From Perna viridis (Eukaryota), in the NCBI GenBank assembly GCA_037379345.1, contig CM074518.1, positions 7,316,001 to 7,380,000 on the forward strand: a stretch of 64,000 bases of DNA. The letters run 5' to 3'. Position numbers and translations under genes: made by a program. Shown here in pieces: positions 37,083-51,100 of the stretch. Position 1 is the stretch's first letter; the number at the start of each line of letters is the position of its first letter. The notes below the pieces were generated by a model. It did not search any database. It was not told where the DNA came from and worked only from the letters and a program-made list of their open reading frames with translations.

Positions 37083-40000
37083 GTGAGTCTTTTAATGTAT
37101 AAGGCAAATGTATATTCATTGTCACCCTTCATAGTAACATAAATATTTGCTGACTTCAGGTATAGGAGAAGGGTTCTCTTACTTATAACTTATATTTTCT
37201 TGTAAATGCATGGAAGTTGTTGATACCAAATTGACACAATAATAGAATATGAGAAAGCTTGAAGACTCACCAAACGTAGTTTCCTGTTATGTGTTAATTT
37301 TTTTTTATCATCTGTTATGATGAATTCAGTGTATAATATAAATATTGCCAAATTGTCGCCTGGATACATGTACCTTAATGAGGCATTGAGCATTTAATAA
37401 CATTTTATTTCAAAGTCCTCAAGCTAACCGTACTAGTTATAAGCTGTATTCTTTTAAACAAAGACAAAAATTGCTCATTTCTGACAAAGCTTTGAAAAGC
37501 CAGTTGCAATGAATTCATTACCGATAATAGGTCTGTACTTGAAGGCTTTGAGCAATTAAAACAATTGTTCAACAGCCTCTAAAAGTCAAATCAATCAATA
37601 TCCTCAGTGTTTTAGATGATTTGTATTAAGTATCATGACTGTCAATAACTTGTGTTTCAACAATAAATAAATCTTCGTCGACATCCTATCTATTCTATTG
37701 ATCCCCCATTTCATTACCAGATAATCATTTCGTTCTGTATCTCTCAATCTGGATTGATCCGTAATTTTAAGTTGCAAATTCTTTGCTTTCTGTATAGCGC
37801 AATTCTAGGATATCAACCTATGATGTGTAATTGCTTGTTCCGCGACGGAATGACAACGATTTGAAGCCAGTAATTTGTATTGTGTCAAAGCTTTGAATAT
37901 TTTATTGTAGGCTTGTTACTGACATGGTTAAAGGCAATGTTGCTATTTTTTTTTCTTTCTTTGGTTACACATAAGGTCAGCGTACGACATCTTTTCGGTT
38001 TATTGTATGTTTCAGTTAGAATACTTTAAAGTAATACGATATGTCAATGTTGGATCTGTAAATAAATGTTCTGTTTGCATTCATAGTCTGTATTCACATA
38101 GGCCAATCTATATATATCCTGAAATTTCCTGCCGGGAAAGACCTCTTGTATTATTTTTAACAATTTAAATCTTCTAAATGTTGAATGGTGCAATAGAAAA
38201 GATTTTAAGTAACATCACATTAAAAGAACTCTCAATGTTTTAGACTACTTTAAAGTCAACATCCGGCATGCTTCAAAATCTTTGTGAAATCCAATAGAAC
38301 TATTTGGGTTTCGAATACAAAACAAACAATTTTGTTTGATTTCTACCATAATCTTGTCTTAAATGCACACGTCAAAACTTCAAATAAGTTAATCTTTATA
38401 GAGATGAACAAGATGTTGGTTGTCTGTCGGGTTGAGTAATATGATATACTGCTGTAAAAACAAAACAAGTAAACTCGCTTTTTTAATCTGGTTCTTTATC
38501 ACAACCACGTGAATGAATTTGATCACAGAAAAGCAAGTAATATTTTTATTTAGATGTTAACCTAGTTGTAACGAGGGATTAAATATATTTCATTCATAAG
38601 GACAGTTATGGGTGGGCAGTATACATATTTGATTTTCAAATCTTGATTCTTTTTAAGTCAGTGATGACACATTTGAATCAAATCAAGACATTATAATTGA
38701 ATTTAAGTTGACTGCTCCAGCACGTGGTGCTAAACATGACCAATTACCCTCTATGGAGCGTTGTGTACTTTAAAGGTTTATGAATTCAAGTCACCTTTCA
38801 AGGTCTCGCAATATGCATGTAAATACTCCTTACTACACGCTTTGAAAACTTGCGCGATTTCTATACGTATATGTTAATTAAAAACGTCTGTGGTTTACTA
38901 ATGCTATGTTTTAAAGTACAAGTCTTACTTTTACTGCTTGAATATGAAAAAAACTTCAATTTTCCATCCTTGTCACGATAAGTACAAGTTTTATTCATTA
39001 CTCTATCTGCAGTATTATATGTAAACTCAAGAGGTTTCGTTGGTGCAATGATTTTTTAATATTTGTATTTGAATCGAATACACAAGCGAACATTGTCAAA
39101 TTATCCTTACAACTACATGAAACTGTTACAAAGCATAGAATAGCCATCAAAGGAATTGGGAACAATGAATGGTCAAATCTATCTCCATTCAACACACATT
39201 TCAACCTTGTAATTGGAAATTGCATTTATTGTGATGTAAATGTAAATCGTAGGTAAAAAGAGATTTTCTTTTTAATATATTCTTCCGGAATAAAGGTTAA
39301 AGGAAAATTCTCATTTGGAAAGCTTGTTATGAATATTGATCCGAACTTCAATAATAACATTTGGACACGAAAATTCAAAAGTATTTCTTAATAATTGTAA
39401 ATCCTTTTCCGGGATCAATATTTCTTCAAGTAAGGTGGGAAAATATGAAATTTTCTTTGCAGTTGTAGTGTAAACGCCGGGAGTCACATCACCTTCTTGA
39501 CAATGCGTCCTCGCATACAAGCGAGAGCGGAAACAATTTATATTAAATAAGTGACGGAGTCGGATGACGGGTCGCAGCATCCCTTGTAGCAACGGACATC
39601 AGATTTAATGAATGGCTGACAGTTAAGTTCGGAGGTTATATTGGGTTATCAATTTTGGCCCATTTAATCTCGACGGTGGTCTGACGTTTAAGACAGATTA
39701 ACAGCGTTAAGCAGCCATTTTATTTCGGGATTTCGTAACTCTCTAAGTAGTTGTAAGAGATGATGTTCGCTGATGTTCCGAATGACTGTAATGGCACGAT
39801 TGTATCAGCAAACATTCATTAAAATGAATAAAAGCTCTGTAATTGAAATCATACACTTTGATTAGAAGACTCCATTGTTTGTGGTAGAATATTGAAAAAT
39901 TGTTTAAAGCCTAGAGCAGATATCAGATGTGGAAAATAACATTCGTTGACTTCAAAAATGACATCTCCACGAAAGTAATATTAAACTATAAACGACAAAA

Positions 40001-42560
40001 GTAGCCAGACGACTTGCACCATAAATAATACACGATCAACTTTGTGCTTATTGATTATGGGTGTCGCATTAAAAGTCTATGCTGAGGTACTTTACACATG
40101 TACATACGTAACGTTAATAAGGGAGTTCACATGTAGTAAATGCATCCAGAGTCGTGTATCATTTAAACAGTCTTTATGCAAGTCATAAGTGTTAATGTGG
40201 ATACATTTTTGTACAGTACGCCTATTTGAATCAGTTATTTTACCATCTCACCTAATCCAAAATACTTTCACAAACAAGATTATCTTGTACTGCTACAGAT
40301 CTGTGTTGAGCAATTAGAATTAGATTCAGGCCTGCTTGAATAAATTACTTAAGTTCTAAAAATCTGTTTCATATACGGTTGATTATAGTGTGCTTTCTGT
40401 CAACGATACCTTATTATCCTTGAAATTTTCATCCCGATATAACTATTGACTTGAAGCATGTAACACCTTTCCACCTACCACCTCGAAGGAATTAGTTGTA
40501 AATACCATATTCACCCACTTGTTTGTTTGTAACTTTTTAGAGAAGATTGGATATTAAACATACAATCACTTCTTAGAAGCAGATTTCCATATGAAAGTTA
40601 TTTGTATGTTAAAATGTAAATTTCAATAACAGAGCCCGACTTTAGATGTAAATTACATAACGTGGTTTACCATTAATTGGTATAATTTGCACAAATTTCT
40701 TTTCACTACGGCTTACTAGAAAACCATGTGTTGCCACAGTGAACATTGATTTCTGAACTATGTATTTGAGGCCACACACAACTTTCTTTCTAATCTATTT
40801 ATAAATATCTTATTAATATACAGAATATACGTATTTACGTTTATAACCTTCGTAAATTGAAGGCAACATATGCCCAACGTATTGAAATCGTCATACCTTT
40901 TGGACCGGAAATTACCAAACGTCCATTTTGCGTTCGATGAGACCACGTGATACAGATGATCTGGTTATTCCCCTTTACAATTTCTTTCTACATAAACGTT
41001 ATTTTTTTTAATCAGATCGAACAATTTTCTAAGCATTCAAACACAATGAACGAGTAACTAACCACTTGTTATAAAAACGTTGCACACCAAAAAGTAAATT
41101 GTTGTTCTTTATTTGAGTTGTGAAATCCTATCAATTGAGACTAGTTTGGTACATGTATATCATAATTTTATTTTTTAACATACATGTATAGTAAAAAGCA
41201 AAGTAATTTGGTTTTCATATTTTCTAATCCATTGTAAATATATGAAGTGTTGGTCAAAATTTCATTCTTTGTAACTTAAAAAAAATAAACTATTTCTACA
41301 ATGGAAATTTCGTGCAATAGGGTATAAAATGAGGACATGATTTTGTAAACGACCTCTTCTCTTTTGTGCAAAATCATACATTAAATTAGTCCTGTGTTGA
41401 ACTCTGTAATTTAAACTTGAGCGCTATAAAGCAATAATAGACAATACATTTTAAAACACAAATTCAAAAATTGCAAAAAATTAAGTCCTGGTTCAAAAAC
41501 ACATTATTTAGAACTGATAGTTTAAAAGTAGCAAACAAGAACTTAGTTTTAAAACGAATCGACCCATACCACCCTCTCTTGTAACCTCCTGATTCCTGAT
41601 TTTATAAAAGATAACAATCTTGTTGGCTTTTGTTAATTGTTTCTTTGTATCTTATAAATTTATGTACACTGCTTCTATACTGCTTTACCCGAAGATATTT
41701 CAACTAAATATGTCTTCCGTATTTGTTGTATAGGTTTTAACATTCTCTTGAAGTCTACAAGATGCCAGCTGATATATATAAGTACAAGTTGCACTGTAAA
41801 GTTTTAAAATTATTTCAAAGTTGAAACGTGCCATTTAAAATTAAGAAGGATTTTACATAAATTAAGCCAGGGACTGTAGAGAATGTGGACATCGTAGCAT
41901 TTGCTTTAAAAGCCCGTCTGTCAATCACTTACACCCTGTAGCAATACTCTCGAATATCAGGAATTTAACGTCACACGTGAACAATAGTGTGCACATCAAA
42001 AATTAATTCGATATTAATTCCTTAAATTAGAAACTTGTAATCTATCATTTAGTAATGTGGGTGGGTAAGAACGTCTTGACACTGAAGTAATGGGGTGGCG
42101 AGGATATCAACTAAGCGTGACGGAATATGTGAATGGAAGAGAACTACAATGTGTATCTATTAACCACATTGTTGTTTTCTACTTGTATTCCTTCTGTTTG
42201 TCAGTCAATGATAGAAATACACTCCTTTCTTTCATACCAATCTGATAAAAGTATTGCGTTTCAAACATGGTAAAATTACAATTGTAAATTAACTTTTAAA
42301 TTTTGGGAAAACATTTACAGGACGTAATGCGTTGAAAGAGAAGAATGCGGATTCTTGCATGAAAATTTAATTCTCCATTTTTTGGTAATATAAAACGCTA
42401 AAGTGTTGCATTAAAACCTAAAGTTTTTATTCCAAATGAATCCATACATGTATACACACACGGTCAAGATGAGCATACATGTAGGTAGTTCACGTCATAT
42501 ATATATACACGATTTTTTATGTAAGATTTAATTTAAAGGATTTTTTTTCAATCATTGCAG

Positions 42561-42907
42561 GTCACAGTGGAGTAAACCAGTTAGGAGGGGTATTTGTTAA
42601 TGGTCGACCACTTCCAGACTCAACAAGGCAACGAATAGTTGAACTTGCTCATAGCGGCGCTAGACCCTGTGACATTTCTCGAATTCTACAAGTTTCTAAC
42701 GGTTGTGTCAGTAAAATTCTTGGACGGTACTACGAAACTGGGTCAATCCGCCCACGTGCTATTGGTGGCAGCAAACCAAGGGTGGCAACTAATGATGTTG
42801 TTCAGAAAATTGCTCAATATAAACGCGAATGTCCATCTATTTTTGCTTGGGAAATACGGGACCGGTTATTATCTGAGGGGTGCTGTAATCAAGACACAAT
42901 CCCCAGT
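42561..42907 (+). CDS. Pax6: Pax6 coding exon 3, most of the paired domain
   Basis: [116 protein letters not shown], with the Pax6-diagnostic I42/Q44/N47; CAG acceptor, GTAAGT donor. The ORF track shows only a wrong frame here. Confidence 0.99.
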
Positions 42908-45900
42908 GTAAGTAGTACAATAATTCTTTAAATACGAGGTTTTCTTTTTTATGTATTGATCTGTCTCATTTTCTTGTTATTTTGTTTCTTTTTTTAACAT
43001 TTTTGATAACTCTTTTCATATAATTCTTTTTTTATAAATCATGAATATTCGGTGTTCATGTACAGACTTCTCAATTCCTAATCTACTAACAATTAAGGCT
43101 CAGGCCTACGTCAAGAATCCAGCTTCCTGACGTACCGTTCAGTAAAAGTATAATTCTCTCCGAAGGATGTCTGTAAAGATACATGTACTTCTACTGCTAG
43201 GAAACACTATGTGTTTTGATACTTGAATGGTATGATCAGAATACCATACAAGTTTAGTTCTTTGTATAAATTTCTTAATGTACTTTTAAGTCGCTCCCTT
43301 GATTTTATATGGATATTTAAGAGCTAAAGACTTATTCATTTTTTTTATTTTTTTTTTCACATTTGATTCTTAAATATGCATATGTTTATATAAAACATTT
43401 GAATGAAACGTATTAATTTTTGCACATGATTTACTAAATACCTCGATGAAACAGCGTGTTTCATATACATTTGAATAATTTTTGTTTGCACAGCAGAAAA
43501 TGATCCTTGACTTTTGATGGTTTGGTATAGTTGTCACTGTGACAGACTCGATTCTGAAACTTATTATTAAAAACGCTTAACATCTTAATATTTGGATAAT
43601 TCAAAGGATAACAATTACTTTAATGAAATGAACGTTTTAAATGTTTTGGTATCGTTTATTTTGCTTCAATTGTGAAACATATTTATCCATTAAATTGCTT
43701 TTTCTACAATAAATCTCAGTGGAGAGTCTCAGTTTATTTGAACATGTTTGAGAAATCAAGCGCACCGCCTGGTGATACATTGAAAGTATCGGCGTTATTT
43801 GTAAGCTTTCATCCATCTGTCCATAGCTTGTTGAAAAAAGAGCTTTCTGACTTTGAATGTTCCCTTTACAACTGATTGAAAATACGTTTCTTTGATACCC
43901 ACAGAATTCTAATTGATTTCTTCTAGATTTATTAGAATTATGACTCCTCGATTAAGTGAATTAAAAATTAAAAGACGCAATATTTTCAATGAATTAATGT
44001 CGCCATCCTGTTTTAAATGCAAATTTAAGTGAATTTAAAGTGTATTTCGTTTAGTTAAAGAAAGGATTAGCTAAATAAATTATAACGAACCTTTTCAATA
44101 TGAATGCAATTGCCGTGAACTTTAACCTTTGTATAACATGTATATAGAGGAAGGTTAACTTGTTTGTGCTTTAAAACTAGTATCTTGGCACCAAAAATTG
44201 ATATACAACGATGGGCTTGTGTATAAATAGAACATGGAGAGAACCTGCTTGTTTTAATACCAACCAATAATATCCTGATATACAAAAGAAAAATTCACTT
44301 TATAATGAAAGGGTAAAAGAGAAGTTCATACACAGTGCGTATCGGTGTTTCCTGGTAACCAGGAACAAAAGTTAAATGCTAATTAATGTCCCAGGGTCAT
44401 AAGGTTATTTTTGCTTAATTTCACATTTTTTGTTCATTTCTCGAGTACTTTTTATAAAAGCTGATGCATCTGTAAAATCAGACTAAAATATCTCTAAAAA
44501 TCAAATTTCCAAAAGAAATCTATTATGGCCAAACTAATTTAGGGTAGAAATAAAAAAGAACATTCTTGACTTATGCCGCTTGAATACGTTTGGAATAATA
44601 ACCAAATTAGTCTAAGTAGCCGGTTTAATTTCTCCTTGTTATCAGCCTTTTGCAAACTTGTATTGAACCTTCTATATGATTAAAGATCACTTGAGACTGT
44701 TCATTGTAGAATATGCTTGGCCAGTCCTTCTCAGGGTACTGAAATACTGCGGCTCTTCACACACACAATAACATGTCTTTTAAACGCCAGTATAACTTTT
44801 TACCATGCAGTCGGCCACGTCGTCGGCGTCACAAACGCTAAATACTTTATCCCTGAACAATATGTGGGATGTTTCATGCCCTTGTTGACTTTTTGCCATT
44901 GCGGAAACACGGGTATCGTTTCTTATTCTAAACAGTTGTTCATTTAATTACTATGCAAATATTGAAAGTAAACATCCCTCTTCTTCGCCACAAATGAAAC
45001 ATTTACATTAGGGTTGGAAAGAAAACATAAAATTAACTCTTGTATCAAGTTGCTCAAGTAGAGTTAGAACTTGTGTAAATAAGACTCTACAAAAGGCACG
45101 TGCTTCCGGCATTAAATTCTTGTCATTATCTTCACATTTTTGCCATAGTATTGCTCAGCTTATCCTTGTTGCCTCGGTTGTTATCAACCTTTTATGCAAG
45201 TTAACATGAATTGATCATATTCCTGAATTGACAAAAAGCTGCTGATTTTGTTCCATTTTTTTGTTACTGTCCCTAAATGTTACTATTTAGCCCTTATATT
45301 CAGATGTTTCATTGTAATCAATGCCTGCTGTGTTTGATTTTTCTAAGTCTTAAAGTTATATTTGTTAAGCTTTAATCAATTCGTAAAACATTTATCGGAC
45401 AATTGATTAAAATACTTCAGTACAATTGCATATTAAAACTCATATTGTAAAACCAGACACATTGCAGAAGAGAAGTTTGTATCGTCTGCAAACCATTTTA
45501 TTGCGTAGAACAGATTAATTAGGTCTGACGCATCTGCGCCGCCGCAGTTCAGAATTTGATTTCGTTCGCTTGGTCGCACAAATTCAACTCTTAATCGTTC
45601 AACCTATCATATTTGCATTTTTCATCGAATTTGATTTCCCCATCATGTAAAACGTTCAGGCCCTCGACATTTTAACAACGAACGACAAAAAACTCCCGAC
45701 ACCAAACACAATCCTATGAATTAGGAATGAAGTTCAGCATTCGTAGAAAAAATGGCGCCTTCATGGAAACAAATTTGTTTCAGCGCTCAATAACAAAGAA
45801 ATTAGCATGAAAAAGTAAATACGACAATGAAAGTAACAAGGATGATAGCAGTGACTTTTAGGTACTCTGTCCTTAAGAAGGATTAAAGTACATTTGTAAC

Positions 45901-47033
45901 TCTCCAGAGAGATGAATGAAGGTGAAAAGGCTATATGGACAAACTGCTGGGAGGGTGTCAATAGAACAAGGGTGAATACAACAATTCTTTAAATACTGTC
46001 TTCCTTCTTTTAAAGTATGAGCATTCGTAATCTGCAATCTTTCTATATCAGGTAAAATTTGAGCTTCTTGGACATTATTCTGTGACCCTGGGAAAAATCA
46101 ATTGATTTGCAGAGGTAACTTGTAACATTCCTTGAATAAACGAATACATTTTTGTCTTACGTTTAGAATTTTACAATAAAACCCCATGTTTACGATGACT
46201 CATAAAATAGCCATGAAATAACAGTATAGCAGTTACCTTTCGTGTTTGTAGACATGTCCCCCATAAAACAGTGGTACGAGTTTCACGAACATTATGTTTA
46301 ACAAGATACTCCATTTGCACGACAAGACTGAAACAAACTAAAACTGACAGCTTTAATTACTCTCCTCATCCATTCTTCCCTTCCTCATTAATTTCGATTG
46401 TATCTTTTATCGAAATTAAATTGGTACAACCTGAATTTGTAATCATGTTTTATACGACTATCTGTTATTTTAGAAACTACGTCCTGTAATTTTACATGTT
46501 GTGAGTTCTTGTTGTTCACTGATTTTAGTCAGTCAAACATACATGTACATAACAATTGATATAATAAACAAATCATTAATATTAGATATTAAAAAACTCA
46601 ATGTTTCGGGGTTTTGTTCTGTTCATTAAATGACCGGTTGTTGTACTTGAAGTTGGTTATCTGAACTACAGTTATATTTTGCTTTCTATATTGAATTTTC
46701 AAATGAATTTTTCCACCATGTCATAAGTCAACAATATTAATCAAACATACCTAATATGGACATCGTGTTACATACAACTCTCACGTGACCAAATTACTTT
46801 ATCAGTGCCTTGCCATTCTGTGAAATGCTGGAAATATTTTTTTACTCATCGTAAATAAATGCATAGTTTATCAAAAGTTTTGCAATTATCAGTTGATTTT
46901 TCACACAATATCACTTAAGCATATAGTATTTATTGCATGTGTATTCAATAATTTCACAGAGGACTTTTTTTTTCATTCAAAATGTGAAAAACTGCTTTGT
47001 TTCAAGCTTAACCTTTTATCTTTCTTTTTTCAG

Positions 47034-47247
47034 GTTTCCTCAATAAATCGGGTACTACGCAATCTCGCCAGCGAAAATCAGAAACTAATGGGACAAAGCG
47101 CAATGTATGATAAATTAGGATTAATAAATGGCCAAGCTTGGCATCGGCCAAACCCCTGGTATGCCTCAAACATGCATGGGATGCCTGGGATCCACACGCC
47201 TTCTGTTTATCCAACACATCAACCATCAAGCTTAACAGAGAAGAAAA
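47034..47247 (+). CDS. Pax6: Pax6 coding exon 4, end of paired domain and linker
   Basis: [14 protein letters not shown]...[20 protein letters not shown]; CAG acceptor, A|GTAAGT donor (phase 0-1). Confidence 0.98.
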
Positions 47248-47267
47248 GTAAGTGTTGATAAAAAAAT

Positions 47268-47522
47268 GATATGCCATGTGACCAATCATATCACCAAGAA
47301 TGTGCCTTGTTACCAATCAGGTCATAAAAGATATGCCTTGTGACTAAACAGGTTATAAAATATATGCCCGGTTACCATCAGATCATCAAGACTATACCTT
47401 GTGGCCAATCAGGTGGTAAAAGATACACAATGTATGCCCTGTTACCATCACCAAGAATATGCCTTGTGACCAATTAGGTCATGAAAAATATGCCCTGTGA
47501 CCATCACCAAGAATATGCCAAT
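47268..47522. repeat. ~31-bp degenerate tandem repeat in Pax6 intron
   Basis: Unit atatgccttgtgaccaatcaggtcataaaag, ~8 copies, some shortened. Confidence 0.85.
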
Positions 47523-47694
47523 CTCATCAAAACCGACATGTACAGTTTGATAATACCTCTTTTCTAGTACTGTGTTGAAAAAAAAGTGAACCAATTGCCA
47601 ATAATGTGTTCGAAACTATGTCTTTAATATACCCATAGAAATTTGCAATAAAATACCGTAAATTATTATCCCCCCCCCAAAAAAAAAGAATCGC

Positions 47695-48110
47695 AATTCT
47701 GAGGTTCCCTATCCCTACTCTTTCTTAAGTTTCTAATCCCTTTATTATTTTTAGGTTCCATACCCTACTCTAATTCTGAAGCCCCGCCACTTTCTAATTC
47801 CCTAGTTCCTTACCTCTAACCTTATTCTGAGGTTCCTACCCTTCCTAATTCTGAGGTTCTCTGCCCCTTTCCTTACTTCTGAGGTTCCTACCCTTCCTAA
47901 TTCTGAGGTTCTCTGCCCCTTCCCTTATTCTGACGTTCCTACCCTTCCTAATTCTGTGGTTTTCTGCCCCTTTCTTTATTCTGAGGTTCCTAACCCTTTC
48001 TTATCCTGAGGGGTTCTCTGCCCCTTCCTATTTCTGAGGCTCATTACCATTTCCTATTCTGAGGTTTCCAATCCGTTCCTAATTCTGAGTTTTCTTAACC
48101 CTTCTGAATT
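47695..48110. repeat. Pyrimidine-rich tandem repeat with alternating 24-bp and 27/28-bp subunits
   Basis: ttctgagg-like anchors at 47825, 47849, 47877, 47901 and 47928. Confidence 0.88.
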
Positions 48111-51100
48111 CAAATGTTATATTAGCTGTGTTAGTCACTTAATATATGCAGTTTTAAAAACATTCTATTCTATTCATTTGTTGCACTTAGGCTTCATTTG
48201 TTAGGTACTAATCCATTAAGTGTATTTTAAAAACAATTCAAATTGTATATTTGGTTTTCTGTTATAAGGGAAAACTACGTTTCTCATTACTTAGGATCGT
48301 CAAATTGAAATATAATTTCAATGACGTATTGACGGATAGGTAAAGTCTTTTATGCTAATAAACCATACTCTTATTCATGGAAAAGTTGTTTAAAACAAAT
48401 TAATATTCTCCCCCATTTCATTTTTGTAAAGGACAATACTAATGCACGGGCCGTACAAAGAAGTATATAGAACCAATCCCATTATTGGAGCAAAAAACTT
48501 TTTAATCCAATATTTTGTGGAATTTTAATGGAATTTAGATTGCAATATAATACCTAAGAATTGCATTATAATCACTCGGTCTTATAGACAAACCTTAATG
48601 CATGTAAATCACACTTTATTTGTATTTTTCTAAATTTCCTAACACGTGTTTTCAATCGCAATTTTTATAACTTCGATCCTGTCAGTGGAAGAAAGAGAAC
48701 ATCATCTTAATTCAAATTTTATTAGTGCAATTTTTCTGACAAGTTATCGGATTAAAACTTTCAAAAGAAATGGCTGCAATATAAATGGCTGCAAAAGCAT
48801 CCTAGTTTATCCTAAAAGCACAACATCGGGAGTGTAGTATAAAACCCTTTTGTCATAATTTCGAACGTCTATTGAGAATTTTTGCACTTTAAGATTTTTT
48901 TTAAATATTCAAAATGAACGATAAGTGTCATTAATCAAAGTTTAACTTAAAATGAGAACTTCAAGTTGGAAGTTTAGTAATTTTCAATGACAAAAGAGCT
49001 TGACTATCCCGTATGGACGTGCACTGAATGACAGTCATCGGGGGGAGACTTCCAGTAAAGCTGCTGGGCATTTTTTACCCTTGAATTGACTACTGATATA
49101 TGTTTATTTGAAGGAGGTAATATATTTATTTCACATGACTCATACCCTAATTGGTTACATGGGTAAATCCGTGTGCACATTTTACTTGCAATTGCAAAAC
49201 GTTCTGATGACCATGATTCGAAACCTCCAGATCAACAATTTAATCTATTTTCATGCCAGTTCAAATCACTATATCAAATTAGACCGATCCTACAATTAAG
49301 TTTCCTAATGGATCTTTTAGGTTTTGGTCGATTATATTTTTATTCAAGCGTTTTCACAATACAGATTCTACCCTTATTGGATGTGCAAAATATAATTATG
49401 GAAACCGACCGTTCACACTTTCCACTTGCCTAAAAGTATTCAGATTTCTTGAGGTCGACAGAGGTGTGTAACATCTTCCGCTCTATCAAACCGATGTGCA
49501 GTGTGTTGTCTGACTTGAACTTCTTTATCGGAAGTACCTTTTGGAAGTGTTAAACATTTATACATAGTTGGTGATGAAAGCATTAGCTTCGTATAAATTT
49601 ATGTAAAATTGATACAAACTTCTGGTAATGGACATTTCTGGATTTGATTGCACACTAGAAGTGTCTTTTTTCATTTTTCATATTTCGTTGTCCCTTCTTG
49701 TCATGTTAACAGCAGAGGTGCGGCGAAGCATACAAATTAATATTAATACGCGATAACATAGTGCGCTATAATCCGACTTCAAAGTTTTGATATAAAAGCA
49801 AGGTCTCACTCACGCTGTGTTATTTTTTCTCTTCCTTTTTAATAATTCAGCGTTGATGAAAATTAAATACAATGTGACTGCAAAATAAGTTTCAGATCTA
49901 AAAAGAGATTTACCTCTTCATAGTAAATTACATTTTAATATGATTCGGAAATGTAGCAAAATATATGCAAAGTCAATAGAGAATAAATATCAAGGCTTCT
50001 CAAATATACATTTAATTTTTCCTTAACAATACAACACAAGAATATAATTTATCCAACTTTTTAATTTACGTCTTATGATATAAAGCTCATACATATCTAG
50101 GGATTCGTAAAAATCTTCTTCTATTCATAAACAAGTAGGAAAATTCGACATCAAAGATATGATTTTTACCTAATATTCAATGATTTTTATTTCTGTTTCC
50201 TTGTGAATTTTCATAACTTATTGTTTCTCTTTCTTTTTTATCGAAGACTTTGTTTAATACTCTAAGTATATCTGAATGATATTCTGGTCATTTGCATTGA
50301 ATTTTCCTTTTTTTTCTTTAATACCATGTCAGAAATATTATTCTTCTCTATGTTTTTACCACAAAGAATTTTTTATTTGTTCTTTACTTAGCAGTATTTA
50401 AGCATTCAGGTTTCAGTAGGTTTTTGTAAAATAAGAAGTCGAATATTTATAGTCCGAACTTTTATTTCTTTTCCAAACATTTGTAAATGTACATAGTAAA
50501 ATGGTAACAAAAGACTCACGAAAAACTATTGTTTTGTTTTGTTTTTGTTTTTGTTTTTTTTTTTGTTTTTTTTTTCAAAGCACACCTTTGCACCCCTCAT
50601 TACAGAAATTACACGATTGGATGAATTTTTAAGTCAGAACGGTTGCGGAAGCCATTCTCTTCAAATCCGGTGAGGGTTTCTCGTTTACAAAATCATAGCT
50701 TTGTGGCAATTATGTATTAGAGAGTAATTACTGGCTAGGCACTAGACATTAAAATCTAAAAAAAATTTTACAACTGATTATACTGTGAGTCTTTATAAAT
50801 GATAGAGCGCACAAAATTCTTGTTAATTGTCAGGTTTTAAGAATTGATTCGACTGTTGTTTTCGTTCATGGTTGCATGCTTAGGACAGATCATTCGTCTT
50901 TTTTATTTTTTCAGGGAAATTAGAAAAATCTTTCTTATAGCCCCCTTGGAAATCCATCCCACAATTAACTCTGATTGGATTTTTTAACAATGTCTGGAAG
51001 TTTCTATTGATGTTCTAAACATTTTTAAAGTAGAAATAAAAGAGTGTAATAAGAGGGAGTTAGAGAAAAAAATCATTTAAAGATACAAGTCTGTGAGAGA

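Noticed and set aside
39629-39673. Hairpin as a candidate pre-miRNA
   Set aside because: Only about 45 nt with several G-U pairs and bulges, and no match to a miRNA family I recognise.
42639-42911. ORF-track 90-aa protein [10 protein letters not shown]...
   Set aside because: Wrong frame over the paired-box exon; the same applies to 47008-47316, 56432-56659, 56589-56771, 57656-57859 and 57761-57955.
44349-44366. Inverted repeat ttcctggt-a-accaggaa
   Set aside because: 8-bp arms are expected several times by chance in 64 kb.
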